Shown piece after piece: positions 63,111-64,000 of a stretch of DNA of 64,000 nt. The first letter of the stretch is position 1. Each line of letters starts with the position of its first letter. A program made the position numbers and the translations under genes. The stretch is taken from positions 1 to 64,000 of the IMG/VR virus record IMGVR_UViG_3300014168_000003. The stretch is one strand, 5' to 3'. Origin of the DNA: a virus (lineage: Duplodnaviria > Caudoviricetes). The notes beneath the pieces are model-generated. The model was given only the letters and a program-made list of their open reading frames with translations, did not search any database and had not been told where the DNA came from.

Positions 63111-63773
63111 ATGACAAGACCACTAGGTATTTACCCATTTCCATATGACACCAGGGCAGGGGTGTACCAAATTGAAAATAAACTGAGTGGAGTCGTATAT
63201 ATTGGCTCTGCCATTAATTTCTATCGAAGATGGAGGAGACATCACAATGAACTCACTAGGGGAGTTCACAGCAATCAGCATCTCCAGAGAGCTTGGGATA
63301 AGTATGGGCCTGACTCGTTTATCTGGACTGTGTTGGAAGAAACCAACTGCACCCGTGAAACACTGCTAAGCCGTGAACAGTACTGGATGGATAGAATAAA
63401 AAAAGAGGGGGTATTACTTTACAATACCTGCGTCACTGCTGGTTCCCATCTAGGTGTAAAACGTTCTGAAAAAACCAGGAAATTAATGTCTGAAATTGCT
63501 AAAAAACGAGGAGATAATGGTATTAGACGAGATGAAGAATGGTGCAGGCAAGTGTCAGAAGCAAATAAGAATAATGTAGAAACTAGATGTGATGCGAAGT
63601 TTAGAGAGAAGATGTCAAAACTAAAGATTGGAAATATGTATTGTAAAGGAAAAAAATGGATCAATAAAAATGGGTGCAGCAAAAGAGTGTCTTTAGAGGA
63701 GCTGCCTCTATTCTTGGAGCAGGGTTGGAAGAAGGGGAGAGCCACTATAGTAATTCTGCCACCTGAGAAGTAA
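63111..63773 (+). CDS. Free-standing GIY-YIG homing endonuclease
   Basis: AGVYQIEN...YIGSA...RRW..H; NUMOD3-like KRSEKTRKLMS; C-terminal KWINKNG...GW.KG shared with the 23248 gene; AT-rich. Confidence 0.92.
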   Translation: MTRPLGIYPFPYDTRAGVYQIENKLSGVVYIGSAINFYRRWRRHHNELTRGVHSNQHLQRAWDKYGPDSFIWTVLEETNCTRETLLSREQYWMDRIKKEGVLLYNTCVTAGSHLGVKRSEKTRKLMSEIAKKRGDNGIRRDEEWCRQVSEANKNNVETRCDAKFREKMSKLKIGNMYCKGKKWINKNGCSKRVSLEELPLFLEQGWKKGRATIVILPPEK

Positions 63774-63951
63774 AAGTTACCAGAGGGAATTCTCTAATTA
63801 CCTGTAATTTGGTATCACCCTGATAAAAAAAGGAGTCGTATCTACTGGAAAAAGAATCCATATCATCAAGATTGAGCCCGGTTACTTCTACCCACTTACA
63901 TTCTTCTGGATGTTCCACATCATCCATGAGAACTTTGTACTTCATATTCAT
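63745..63951 (-). CDS. Hypothetical protein
   Basis: 68-aa ORF convergent with the endonuclease. Confidence 0.5.
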   Translation of the reverse strand: MNMKYKVLMDDVEHPEECKWVEVTGLNLDDMDSFSSRYDSFFYQGDTKLQVIREFPLVTFTSQVAELL

Positions 63952-64000
63952 ATAACTAGCAGTAGGATTAGAATAATCAGGATTAGATTTTTTGATCTTA

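Noticed and set aside
1-64000. Stop-codon reassignment, tRNA or rRNA genes
   Set aside because: Conserved genes are intact under the standard code and use TAA, TAG and TGA as stops; no cloverleaf or rRNA-like segment was recognised by eye.

Overview
This 64-kb window (roughly 49% GC, standard code) is part of a large (jumbo-type) tailed phage genome. Nearly all genes are on the minus strand; the one clear exception is a GIY-YIG endonuclease at 63111-63773 (+). From the right end it encodes: a capsid-associated gene interrupted by a previously unannotated 277-nt group I intron (14-nt first exon), the major capsid protein, a block of head/virion proteins rich in K-x-A motifs, three sigma-like regulators, terminase, a primase Zn-binding domain, a family A DNA polymerase, portal, and tail-fibre/adhesin proteins. 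It then continues with a nucleotidyltransferase, a separate primase TOPRIM domain, a clamp-loader-like ATPase, a NusG paralogue, an actin-like ATPase, a second GIY-YIG gene, an SNF2 helicase, SSB, a RuvC-like nuclease, RecA, a Rad50/SbcC split over 20 kb, SbcD, hemerythrin, ThyX and an NAD-dependent ligase. Notable features are several split proteins (Rad50, DnaG, one Fn3 domain), several apparent pseudo-enzymes, a recurrent phage promoter-like octamer SAGTAWTA at about 18 gene starts, a candidate ~110-nt sRNA with a C-rich anti-Shine-Dalgarno loop, and an RBS-occluding hairpin on a homing endonuclease gene. All annotations come from reading motifs by eye; no database searches or folding programs were run.
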